Sequence record: OR352938.1
Source: Escherichia phage AV108
DNA: 64,000 nucleotides
Reading direction: 5' to 3' (one strand)
In this document: positions 34,923 to 43,308 of the stretch, one piece after another
How positions within the stretch are numbered: position 1 is the first letter of the stretch
Layout of the letters: the number at the start of each line of letters is the position of its first letter
Notes under the pieces: generated by a model
What the model was told of the DNA's origin: nothing
Databases searched by the model: none
The model's input: only the letters and a program-made list of their open reading frames with translations
Position numbers and translations under genes: made by a program

Positions 34923-37844
34923 ATGGCAGATTTAAGCAGAATCCAATTTAAACGCACTAGCACTAAAGGTCGTAAACCGGATGCTAGTACGATGAATCCG
35001 GGGGAATTGGCAATCAACCTTGCGGATCAATATCTTCTTACTAAAAATGATTCCGGTGATATTATCAATTTAAGTTGTCCTCCGGTGTATGACCGCGATG
35101 TTACAATGGCGGGTAAGGTTAAAGGTAATAATTATATCTTAAGTAAAACCGCTAACTATCTGGAAGATCAGACAGCGAGAGATCTTAACTACTTTGGCGC
35201 TTTCCGTACCAATGGTCTTGATGGTCTTCTCGAACTCACGCTAAACGTTCCTCACTCTTACGGCGTCCAACATGGTCGAGGATTTACTTTCCAATATGGG
35301 CACACTGGATCGCGTGTAGAAACTTATGGATACAATAAAGAAGGTCAAAAAGCATTTAGCTATAAAATGTATCACGAAGGTGATAAACCTACTCCCTCAG
35401 AATTGAACGTTTATAGCAAACAAGAAATTGACAGAATGTTTATTAAAAACGTTAAAATGTCTGTTCCTTCCGGTGACGCAACTCGTGGTTACTTTAAGAT
35501 CGCGACCGCAATGATTCCTCAGAATAATGGTCGAATGGCATTTTTACGGATTTACGGCGGAAACGGATATAATGTTAACTCCTACGATCAGGTGGAGTTC
35601 CTTGAAATTGTGATTCGTGGTGGTAATAATAACCCTAAAGGTGTTAGTATTGCTGCATATCGTCGTAATTCTTTGAACGTCCATGAAGTATTTGCAATTA
35701 ATACTTCCGGTGATAACTATGACATTTATGTTAACTATGGTCGTTACACCGATAACGTTATTGTAGAGTTTGGAAAAACTGTTGATGTTGCATTGACTGT
35801 TCACGATGTTCCTGAATTTTCGGCGACTAAACCCGCAACCGGAACTAAATTTGATGCTCGTGTTATTACGATGTTCAACACCGAAAACAAAGCCGGAACG
35901 TTGATGTTTGATAATAACGGTCAAGGAACATATGATATTATCAGCTTGAATAACTCGACTGATATCAATAAAAAATATCTTCGTAAGTTTCGTAGCAAAT
36001 CCACAGAAACAATATGGCATGAGGTTGTCGAGGGTAGCGTATATCGTTTAGCTACTGGCGTTACTGATCAGTCAGACCAACTAAAAATTGATTTTAATGG
36101 GGTTACTGTAAATCGTCTTTTCGTTAAGGGAAATAATGCTATCAGAATGGAGCGTAGAGACGGACAAAGTAATTACCTAGAATTTTATGATTATCGTTCC
36201 GGTGCTAACCGCCGTCAAGGTTATCTAGGGTATGGTGACGGTACTACTAACACCGTACAGTTAGTAAATGAATTAACGGAAGGTAATAACTCATTAAGAC
36301 TGGATGATACTGGTCAGGTTACGTTGTCTGTAGGCAAAACAAAAATTGTATATACCAACGGACAATATTATTCCGCTAACTCTGATGCATATCGTATGAT
36401 CTATGGCAATTACGGTGCATTCTGGCGCAATGACGGGACTAAAGTTTATCTTCTTTCCACCGAAGAAAATGACCATTTTGGTGGATGGAACGGCAACCGA
36501 CCATTCATTTACGATTTGACGACTGGTAAAGTTACTTTAGGTGGTGACGGTAACGAAGGTGCATTAGTTCTTGAAAGAGATAGCCGTGCTGCTAGATTTG
36601 CTGGCGACATTTACGTTGGCAAAGGGATGTTAACATTTGATGCCGGACGATTAAATTCTCGTGATTACTTCCGGTTTAACCATTGGGGCGATAGCAATAA
36701 CGCTCGTGATAACATCTTACAGCTTGACGATAGCAAAGGCGCACACTTCACCACTGAACGTACTTTAGCAACTGGTGCAATTAAAACTAAATTCTTCGGT
36801 GATTTGGAATCTGCTGGTCAAATTAAATGGGGTAAAGGGACCGCCACATCTACGTTTACTCTACGTGTATGGGGTAACGATAGTCGTAAACAAATATTTG
36901 AATGCGGCGATGAAAGCGGGTGGCATTGGTATACCCAACGAGCGGGGGGTCCTGGTACAAATGATATTATATTCAATGTTAACGGGAAATTTCAATCTCA
37001 GGGTTTTGAGACTTCCGGTAATATTAAGATAACTGGTCCAGACCTTGAGTTTCGTCGCACTGGTAATAAGCATATCTGGTTTAGAGATCCAAACGGCTTA
37101 GAGTTAGGCGTGATGTACTGCGATGATGCTGGTGCTATTCGCTTCCGTGGTCAGAAACAAGCCCAGTCGTGGAAATTTGCAGATAAAATGATCCAGTTGG
37201 AATCTGGTACTGTATCCGGTGGCGGTAATGGCCTGATTCGTGGTGAAGTTGCTGGCGGTAGTTGGGCTAGCTGGCGTGACCGTGCTGCTGGCCTTATGGT
37301 TGGGTGTCCTCAATCAACCAATTCCGCTCATAACATCTGGAAAGCTACTCATTGGGGTAAATATCACATCGCAGCAATGGGTGTACACGTTCCTAGCGGT
37401 ACTATCGGTAATGCTATAGCTCGCCTAAACGTTCATGACGCCAACTTTGACTTTAGCGCCTCCGGTGACATGTCGGCAGGGCGTAACGGTTCGTTTAACG
37501 ATGTGTACATTCGTTCTGATGCTCGCCTGAAAATCAATAAGGAAGAGTATAAAGAGAATGCCACCGATAAAGTTAATCGCTTGACGGTATACACCTATGA
37601 CAAGGTTAAATCTTTAACCGACCGTACTGTCATTGCTCATGAAGTTGGTATTATTGCTCAGGATCTTGAAAAAGAATTGCCGGAAGCCGTAACAACTTCT
37701 AAGATCGGAGATCCAGATAATCCAGAAGAGATCTTAACAATTTCTAACTCTGCTGTCAACGCTCTTTTAATTAAGGCGTTTCAGGAAATGAGCGAAGAAT
37801 TGAAAGCCGTTAAAGCTGAACTAGCGGAACTTAAAAAGAATTAA
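34923..37844 (+). CDS. 37: long tail fiber distal subunit (large), with a C-terminal chaperone-like domain
   Basis: N-terminus MADLSRIQFKRTSTKGRKP matches T4 gp37 as recalled; C-terminal 130 aa carry an SDARLK motif and coiled-coil tail like peptidase S74 intramolecular chaperones. Confidence 0.85.
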   Translation: MADLSRIQFKRTSTKGRKPDASTMNPGELAINLADQYLLTKNDSGDIINLSCPPVYDRDVTMAGKVKGNNYILSKTANYLEDQTARDLNYFGAFRTNGLDGLLELTLNVPHSYGVQHGRGFTFQYGHTGSRVETYGYNKEGQKAFSYKMYHEGDKPTPSELNVYSKQEIDRMFIKNVKMSVPSGDATRGYFKIATAMIPQNNGRMAFLRIYGGNGYNVNSYDQVEFLEIVIRGGNNNPKGVSIAAYRRNSLNVHEVFAINTSGDNYDIYVNYGRYTDNVIVEFGKTVDVALTVHDVPEFSATKPATGTKFDARVITMFNTENKAGTLMFDNNGQGTYDIISLNNSTDINKKYLRKFRSKSTETIWHEVVEGSVYRLATGVTDQSDQLKIDFNGVTVNRLFVKGNNAIRMERRDGQSNYLEFYDYRSGANRRQGYLGYGDGTTNTVQLVNELTEGNNSLRLDDTGQVTLSVGKTKIVYTNGQYYSANSDAYRMIYGNYGAFWRNDGTKVYLLSTEENDHFGGWNGNRPFIYDLTTGKVTLGGDGNEGALVLERDSRAARFAGDIYVGKGMLTFDAGRLNSRDYFRFNHWGDSNNARDNILQLDDSKGAHFTTERTLATGAIKTKFFGDLESAGQIKWGKGTATSTFTLRVWGNDSRKQIFECGDESGWHWYTQRAGGPGTNDIIFNVNGKFQSQGFETSGNIKITGPDLEFRRTGNKHIWFRDPNGLELGVMYCDDAGAIRFRGQKQAQSWKFADKMIQLESGTVSGGGNGLIRGEVAGGSWASWRDRAAGLMVGCPQSTNSAHNIWKATHWGKYHIAAMGVHVPSGTIGNAIARLNVHDANFDFSASGDMSAGRNGSFNDVYIRSDARLKINKEEYKENATDKVNRLTVYTYDKVKSLTDRTVIAHEVGIIAQDLEKELPEAVTTSKIGDPDNPEEILTISNSAVNALLIKAFQEMSEELKAVKAELAELKKN

Positions 37845-37885
37845 GGAAAATCCCAGGGAAGGGAAACTACTAAGGAGAAACGGCT

Positions 37886-38125
37886 ATGGTCTATAATATC
37901 GTCATTGGTGCTTTGTCTAGTTTCGGAATGAAACTATTATCAAAGTTAATTAGTGAAAAGATGCTCACTAAAATTTTCTTCTATTGCGCTCGTCGTCTTG
38001 CGGCCTATACCAATACGCCAATTGATGATCGTTTCGTGGAAGAACTTTATAAGGAGTTTAATAAAGATCAGTCAGAAGATAGTAACGAGCAAGATAAACC
38101 TAGTGATAGTCAAGTACCTAAATAA
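37886..38125 (+). CDS. hypothetical small protein at the gene 38 position
   Basis: 79 aa, AAGGAG RBS, hydrophobic N-terminus; no resemblance to T4 gp38 seen. Confidence 0.4.
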   Translation: MVYNIVIGALSSFGMKLLSKLISEKMLTKIFFYCARRLAAYTNTPIDDRFVEELYKEFNKDQSEDSNEQDKPSDSQVPK

Positions 38126-38158
38126 GAGTACACTGTCATAGTTATCTTAGGGCATTAT

Positions 38159-38815
38159 ATGCAAGTTTCTGAAAAAGGGAAAGACTTTGCTATCTCAAAT
38201 GTCCTGCGCGCTATTTTCACAACTAAAAGCACGGAGTTGCTCGTACTTCGTGTTTTTGCTGCCGTCGTGTTGTCCATATTGGCATTTGTCGTTTATAGTA
38301 AAAACGAGTTATTTGCGCTTTATAAAGAGACTCGTTATGAGACTTATGCTCACATTCTCCAGGTAGAGAAAGACCGCAATTTTGATAATGCAGCACAGGA
38401 GCAGTTACAGATAGTTCATGTGTCGGCTGATGCCGATTTTTCTGCTGTTTTTAGTTTTCGTCCGAAAAACCTAAACTATTTTGTTGATTTGGTGGCATAT
38501 GAAGGAAAGCTACCGCATACAATCGATGAAAAAAATTTAGGCGGATTCCCTATCAATAAAACGAGTGAAGAATATCGTAGGCATCTTTTAGGTAAATCAT
38601 ATTTTACCGATAAAGATTTCCAGTATATTCCATCAAGAGAAAAGAAATTAGAGAATATCGATATAGGTTTCATGTATTCTTGTCCTATATTCAATCTCGA
38701 TAATGTCTATTCTGGTAGTATCGCCATTTCATGGAAGAATAAACCGGATATTGACATTGAGAATTTAGATACTCTTTGCAATCAATCTGCCAGAATCCTC
38801 GGAAGGATTAGATAA
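38159..38815 (+). CDS. t: holin
   Basis: 218 aa, collinear with T4 holin T as recalled (EQLQIVHVSADADFSAVFSFRPKNLNYFVDLVAYEGKLP, MYSCPIFNLDNVY, ARILGR). Confidence 0.88.
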   Translation: MQVSEKGKDFAISNVLRAIFTTKSTELLVLRVFAAVVLSILAFVVYSKNELFALYKETRYETYAHILQVEKDRNFDNAAQEQLQIVHVSADADFSAVFSFRPKNLNYFVDLVAYEGKLPHTIDEKNLGGFPINKTSEEYRRHLLGKSYFTDKDFQYIPSREKKLENIDIGFMYSCPIFNLDNVYSGSIAISWKNKPDIDIENLDTLCNQSARILGRIR

Positions 38816-38821
38816 CTTAAA

Positions 38822-38852
38822 GGGGAAGCCTTTCGGCCTCCCCTTCTTTTTA
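38822..38852 (+). terminator. terminator between convergent genes
   Basis: GGGGAAGCC-tttc-GGCCTCCCC hairpin with flanking T/A runs between t (+) and the minus-strand ORF ending at 38850. Confidence 0.55.
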
Positions 38853-39098
38853 TTGGCGCATAGACGCGCCTGAATCGCATTTTGACGCTGTATGATGAAA
38901 ACAGGTAGCGTACCAGTCATCGGCTTGTTTGTCTTCGTCAGAAAACGCGTAATTGCGTTGTATGCCGTTTTCTACTTTGACCAGTGCAATAGCTGTTTCT
39001 GGAAGATCAATCAATCGGACAAAATCGCCATCTTCCCATTCTACACGAGCAATATCATAACCCATCTCAAAATAAACAATCGCTTGCTCTAATCTCAT
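38850..39098 (-). CDS. hypothetical protein
   Basis: 82-aa ORF, last gene of the minus-strand early block. Confidence 0.4.
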   Translation of the reverse strand: MRLEQAIVYFEMGYDIARVEWEDGDFVRLIDLPETAIALVKVENGIQRNYAFSDEDKQADDWYATCFHHTASKCDSGASMRQ

Positions 39099-39445
39099 TC
39101 TGGAAACTTCCCGTAAACATTCTCTGCCAACTTACGTGCATCGCTAATAATATCTTTCATGTGATGGTCGTATTGCTTTGCCATAATAAGAATACAATCA
39201 ATGAAGAATGAATAACGTCTAGAATTTACTAAAAAGTTTTTACCTAGTGAATCAAACGGATCTGGATCATCAAGTTCGATAGATTCTCTAACTTTAGACA
39301 ATTCTTTCATTACAAGGTTTACATCGTTTATAATATCTTTTGATTTATATGCGCCTTTCTTTAACAATATGGCGGTCAATTCTGACGCAGTTTCTTGAAA
39401 TTCTTTCTGATAAGCTGAGTTTACATCATCATCGATATTAAACAT
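39095..39445 (-). CDS. hypothetical protein, tandem paralog 1
   Basis: starts MFNIDDD and ends ENVYGKFPE, like the neighbouring 39455..39787 product. Confidence 0.5.
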   Translation of the reverse strand: MFNIDDDVNSAYQKEFQETASELTAILLKKGAYKSKDIINDVNLVMKELSKVRESIELDDPDPFDSLGKNFLVNSRRYSFFIDCILIMAKQYDHHMKDIISDARKLAENVYGKFPE

Positions 39446-39454
39446 AATCGCCTC

Positions 39455-39787
39455 TCAAATATTGCCGTAAATGTTTTCAGTCATGGTTCTTGCTTCTTCC
39501 AGCATTTTGGTCATGCTCATGGTGTAGTTGTTATCTCGTACAGACTTAATAACGACAAGCAAGGAATCTAGGAAAACTTTATATACTCTCCATTTTACGC
39601 TATTGTTGAATAGTTTTATATCTTCTACTTTATCGATCAGATAACCTAAAACAGATAGCGCCTCGTTCACTTCTTCCGTTACTTTACTGCCACTAAACCA
39701 GATGGGGTAAAGCTGGATTGACAGCGACCGTGCTGCCTCTTTCAGTTCGGTCGCCTTCCATGATTCATATTGATCAAAGTTAAACAT
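39455..39787 (-). CDS. hypothetical protein, tandem paralog 2
   Basis: starts MFNFDQ and ends ENIYGNI; similar length to paralog 1. Confidence 0.5.
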   Translation of the reverse strand: MFNFDQYESWKATELKEAARSLSIQLYPIWFSGSKVTEEVNEALSVLGYLIDKVEDIKLFNNSVKWRVYKVFLDSLLVVIKSVRDNNYTMSMTKMLEEARTMTENIYGNI

Positions 39788-39799
39788 TATAGAATACCA

Positions 39800-40132
39800 T
39801 TACAGATGAAAACCTGTTACGATCACCGCATCGATCATACCGCTAGGAATAAACGGTTCGCCCTCTTTTATTTCAACTTTGAATTGATGCCATTTCGCTA
39901 ATACTTCTTCCGGTACACCCAGCGATTTGGCGTCTGCTTTAGTTTCATCCATAATCCAACTAGGCTGCATGAGAGCATAGTTTACATAGTCCATTTCTGG
40001 GGTCATGTCATCAATGTTAATATATTTGCAGTTGACGCGTTTCAGAATTTCAAATTCTTTATTGTCAACCTGTACCATGTATAATTCAGTAGTTTCTGGA
40101 ATCAGTTCCCACACAATCAGTACATTTTTCAT
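39800..40132 (-). CDS. hypothetical protein
   Basis: 110-aa ORF. Confidence 0.45.
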   Translation of the reverse strand: MKNVLIVWELIPETTELYMVQVDNKEFEILKRVNCKYINIDDMTPEMDYVNYALMQPSWIMDETKADAKSLGVPEEVLAKWHQFKVEIKEGEPFIPSGMIDAVIVTGFHL

Positions 40133-40140
40133 AGTTCACC

Positions 40141-40509
40141 TCACTTAACAAAGATTTTCTTTAATGCTTTCAGGATCGTTGCTTCCGGCGCTTCTTCCGG
40201 TGGAGGAAGCAATTCTACCACTTCCTCTTCCAACTCGATATAGTCTACCAGATATTCTACATAGAATGCAAGTGCTTCCATGAAATTAGATGCTACATCC
40301 GATTCACCACAAGCGCCTACATGCATTGTATAAACATCACTGCGATCAAGTTTGTGGATGCTTCCCAGATAGTTTCGGTTATACCAAACTTCCCACACTT
40401 TCAGCTTTCCGGTTTTAGTCGCTGTTTTATAATCGGTTTCGTAATGATGCAATTGACGTTGCAGATCATTGATAATAACACATTTTTCGTAATTGTTTTG
40501 AATTTCCAT
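40141..40509 (-). CDS. hypothetical protein
   Basis: 122-aa ORF with acidic Pro/Glu-rich C-terminus. Confidence 0.45.
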   Translation of the reverse strand: MEIQNNYEKCVIINDLQRQLHHYETDYKTATKTGKLKVWEVWYNRNYLGSIHKLDRSDVYTMHVGACGESDVASNFMEALAFYVEYLVDYIELEEEVVELLPPPEEAPEATILKALKKIFVK

Positions 40510-40519
40510 GATGTAATCC

Positions 40520-40711
40520 TCACTTATCGTTAAGAAGTTCTAAAACCTTCTGTCGTACTTTATCAATATTAGTTGATTCAAAAACTGTACGGTATCCCCA
40601 GCTTTGACCGTATGAGCGCGAGCAATCCCCATATCCCCATTGTTCAACCTGATAATATTCAAGGAATGGATGTTGTCGAACTATGATACCATCGCGATTA
40701 AAAATTACCAT
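40520..40711 (-). CDS. hypothetical protein
   Basis: 63-aa ORF. Confidence 0.35.
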   Translation of the reverse strand: MVIFNRDGIIVRQHPFLEYYQVEQWGYGDCSRSYGQSWGYRTVFESTNIDKVRQKVLELLNDK

Positions 40712-40734
40712 GATATAATCCTCACGTCAACAAC

Positions 40735-41016
40735 TTATTTTCTGTTGTACTTCTGCCACTTTCTGTAATACTGCTTGTAAAATTGTTTAATGTTTGGTGG
40801 TTCGTCACTATACATGTTATCAACCATCATGTCAATAAGACCTTCCGGTGTTTGATAGTTACCCGCTCGAATGAGTTCCTTAATCAAAAGATCTTGTGCC
40901 GCTTTATACTTGACAATAACAACTGTCTTTTCTGCCTTTCCAATTCCGATCCGGTCGTTAGCTCTCATAGCATCCCACCAATCTTTTTTAAACTTCATGT
41001 TGTTAAATTTCATCAT
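40735..41016 (-). CDS. hypothetical protein
   Basis: 93-aa ORF abutting the stop of the upstream gene. Confidence 0.45.
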   Translation of the reverse strand: MMKFNNMKFKKDWWDAMRANDRIGIGKAEKTVVIVKYKAAQDLLIKELIRAGNYQTPEGLIDMMVDNMYSDEPPNIKQFYKQYYRKWQKYNRK

Positions 41017-41816
41017 TAACCCTTCTTATATTCGCAAACATATTGAGTACCATAATCATAGCTAATGCGACCTTTCTCGATGACTTCAAAGCGGATTTCA
41101 TCGTTTTCCCCTACCCACATTTTGTACTCGTTGAAGTATCCTGCTACATCCGGTTTGCTCATACCAACAACCATATTTTTATATTGTTTGCTGCGTGTCA
41201 GATTTGATTTAAACACTTCGCGCTCATCAACATATACGAAAGAAGACAATTCACCTTCGGTCATGGTCATTTTCAGCTTGCCGCCCTTATTGCCATAAGT
41301 AGAGTTGCCATACAATGGATCTTTGCGGCTGTCTGTTTCAATACCATCAATGATTTTCCATGTAAATTTTGCAATGCACTGATAAGTGATAGATCCAGAG
41401 ATTTTCTCTTCTTTCTTCTGTTCTTCCACCACTTTTTCTTCCTGTTTCGGTTGTTCTTCTTCAACCTTCGCAGAAGTCTCTGAATCGCTTTCTGACGCGG
41501 TTTCTTCTTTAGGTAATACATTCATCAAGTTTTGGATTTGAGCGTTGTATACAGCCTCCAGTGGCTGAATCTGCCCGATATTGATCATTGTGTCACGAAC
41601 AGTTTTATTCCAGTTTCGTTGCTCTTGTTTCAGAGACGGATCAATCTTAACAGCCTTAACATACACCTCATGAAGTTTAGAGTCCAGTGCGGAGATAGAC
41701 TCATTAGCACAAATAAACTTCTCTGATTTGGTAGTAGCTTTAGCGCAATCAAAGGACGCAGCGTTAGCACCGAAAGCAGTAGCAGAAAGAACGATAGCAG
41801 CGATAATGTTTTTCAT
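41016..41816 (-). CDS. secreted DUF1311 (LprI-like N-terminal domain) protein
   Basis: signal peptide MKNIIAAIVLSATAFGANA; FDCAKATTKSEKFICANESISALDSKLHEVY and EQRNWNKTVRD fit the DUF1311 signature; acidic linker; promoter 41850-41878. Confidence 0.55.
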   Translation of the reverse strand: MKNIIAAIVLSATAFGANAASFDCAKATTKSEKFICANESISALDSKLHEVYVKAVKIDPSLKQEQRNWNKTVRDTMINIGQIQPLEAVYNAQIQNLMNVLPKEETASESDSETSAKVEEEQPKQEEKVVEEQKKEEKISGSITYQCIAKFTWKIIDGIETDSRKDPLYGNSTYGNKGGKLKMTMTEGELSSFVYVDEREVFKSNLTRSKQYKNMVVGMSKPDVAGYFNEYKMWVGENDEIRFEVIEKGRISYDYGTQYVCEYKKG

Positions 41817-41849
41817 AATATATTCCTCAATGTTTTTCTTGATGGGAGT

Positions 41850-41878
41850 ATCTTACTACTCCCTTAATCCGGTGTCAA
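41850..41878 (-). promoter_or_regulatory. sigma70-type early promoter (variant spacer)
   Basis: tgtcaa 41873-41878; -10 inside palindrome GGGAGTAGTAAGATACTCCC. Confidence 0.45.
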
Positions 41879-41885
41879 CTACTTT

Positions 41886-42098
41886 TTAATTTTTACCCGC
41901 TCGTGCATTAATACGCATTTTCTGCATAGCCATGATCTGGTTTACTGCTTCTTCTTTACGTTCTTGCGTGATAACGTGACCAGATTCAGCAAACTCTCCC
42001 GCAACTTCTTCTACGATCTCGCGAACTTGAGAACGTCCAAAGATGCGGTTTCCTTCGTAGCTCATAAATTCAGTCACTACTTGCTCAATAGATTTCAT
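41886..42098 (-). CDS. hypothetical protein
   Basis: ORF track 41886..42143; likely start ATG 42096-42098 (MKSIEQ) with AAGGAGAATCAC leader; promoter 42127-42155. Confidence 0.45.
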   Translation of the reverse strand: MKSIEQVVTEFMSYEGNRIFGRSQVREIVEEVAGEFAESGHVITQERKEEAVNQIMAMQKMRINARAGKN

Positions 42099-42126
42099 GT
42101 GATTCTCCTTTAGTTTGGTATGGGAG

Positions 42127-42155
42127 TATAATACTACTCCCATTTCTTTACGTCA
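42127..42155 (-). promoter_or_regulatory. sigma70-type early promoter
   Basis: cgtcaa 42150-42155, TATTAT -10 inside palindrome GGGAGTAGTATTATACTCCC. Confidence 0.45.
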
Positions 42156-42159
42156 ACAA

Positions 42160-42390
42160 CTATTTTAAATTATTTTCGACCTTCATCCATTCCGCGTATT
42201 CTTGCGCGGCTACTTTCGGATTTAGTCCGTCTTCGTACATTGCTTCAAGTAATTCTTCGTCGGTGGGCTTATATCCTAGATAAGCCTCCACCTGATTTTT
42301 CCAAATTTTATACCAGTTCATATTATCACCAATCAAGAGCGCGTGTCTCTGCGTCTTCCCATGCTTGATCCATAACAGCCTTGAAAACAT
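42160..42390 (-). CDS. hypothetical protein
   Basis: 76-aa ORF; real start may be the internal MNWYK at 42321. Confidence 0.35.
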   Translation of the reverse strand: MFSRLLWIKHGKTQRHALLIGDNMNWYKIWKNQVEAYLGYKPTDEELLEAMYEDGLNPKVAAQEYAEWMKVENNLK

Positions 42391-42598
42391 ATTCTAGAGT
42401 ATCATCTTTAGAGAATCCGAAGACCTTAGACGGGATATCTTCAATTGCTACTCCCGCAACTTCTGCATTACGCGCTTGGCAATAATGCAACTCTAAGTTA
42501 TCGAGATAGCGACCGCCTAATTTATCCATATCATCCCAGCATTTCCAGTAACCTACTTGATCTGCAATTGCTAACACTTTGCTGTTTTTGTTGCTCAT
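42326..42598 (-). CDS. hypothetical protein
   Basis: ORF track 42326..42661; likely start ATG 42596-42598 (MSNKNSK) with AAGGAGAATCAAAG leader; promoter 42630-42658. Confidence 0.45.
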   Translation of the reverse strand: MSNKNSKVLAIADQVGYWKCWDDMDKLGGRYLDNLELHYCQARNAEVAGVAIEDIPSKVFGFSKDDTLEYVFKAVMDQAWEDAETRALDW

Positions 42599-42672
42599 CT
42601 TTGATTCTCCTTTTGTTTGGTATGGGTGTATTATGCAATGCTGGATTTGTGAAGTCAACAACTTTTTAAAAT

Positions 42673-42698
42673 AAAAAAGCCGACCACAAGGATCGGCT
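42673..42698 (-). terminator. rho-independent terminator
   Basis: AGCCGATCC-N5-GGTCGGCT hairpin then U-run on the minus transcript, downstream of the 42709..43101 stop. Confidence 0.55.
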
Positions 42699-42708
42699 TA
42701 ATAATCAG

Positions 42709-43101
42709 TTACTTACTAAATTTCTTTTTGGCTTCGTCTACTGCATGAGATGCCAGTACCGCAGCCGCATGTGCACTTTTATCTGTGTTACATAGAACAC
42801 CCAGATAAACATCACGCCAAAGTTTAATCATCTCGTAGATCATATCAATATCATTTTCTTGTTTGTTGGTGATGCTATTCGTCGTTATCTGGTAAGGTAA
42901 CGGCTTAATCTGTACTGGTTCCGCCATCGGGCTAAACGGTTTCTGATCAGTCATCGGATTAATTGGTGGCGATGTTTTCCATACGTCATTATTCCACGGT
43001 TTAATCGTTGTATCGTAAAGTTTATAAGGATTTTTGTCCGGGTCAACCATCCATGCATGATGAGTACCCAAACCATTTGAAGTGATGCGTCGTTCAGTCA
43101 T
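42709..43101 (-). CDS. hypothetical protein
   Basis: 130-aa ORF. Confidence 0.5.
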   Translation of the reverse strand: MTERRITSNGLGTHHAWMVDPDKNPYKLYDTTIKPWNNDVWKTSPPINPMTDQKPFSPMAEPVQIKPLPYQITTNSITNKQENDIDMIYEMIKLWRDVYLGVLCNTDKSAHAAAVLASHAVDEAKKKFSK

Positions 43102-43104
43102 AAT

Positions 43105-43308
43105 TTATTTCCTCTCTGAAAATTCTTTCATCAAGCTGTCGATCTTTGCTCTGTGTTCTGGTGTGTTTGTTATCTCTGCTAACTTATTCAGAGATTCAAT
43201 AGTGATCCGGTTGGCTTCTTCCATAGTCTCAACGACCATTGGCACAATCTTTTTATTGTTGTACACAAATGCAATATAACCGCCTTCTGGATATTCTTTC
43301 ATAATCAA
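43105..43308 (-). CDS. hypothetical protein
   Basis: 67-aa ORF directly downstream of gene 52. Confidence 0.4.
   Translation of the reverse strand: MIMKEYPEGGYIAFVYNNKKIVPMVVETMEEANRITIESLNKLAEITNTPEHRAKIDSLMKEFSERK

Noticed and set aside
35544-37313. Antisense and alternate-frame ORFs inside gene 37 (35544..36020, 36861..37073, 37104..37313)
   Set aside because: Embedded in a strongly supported coding frame, with no independent start signals
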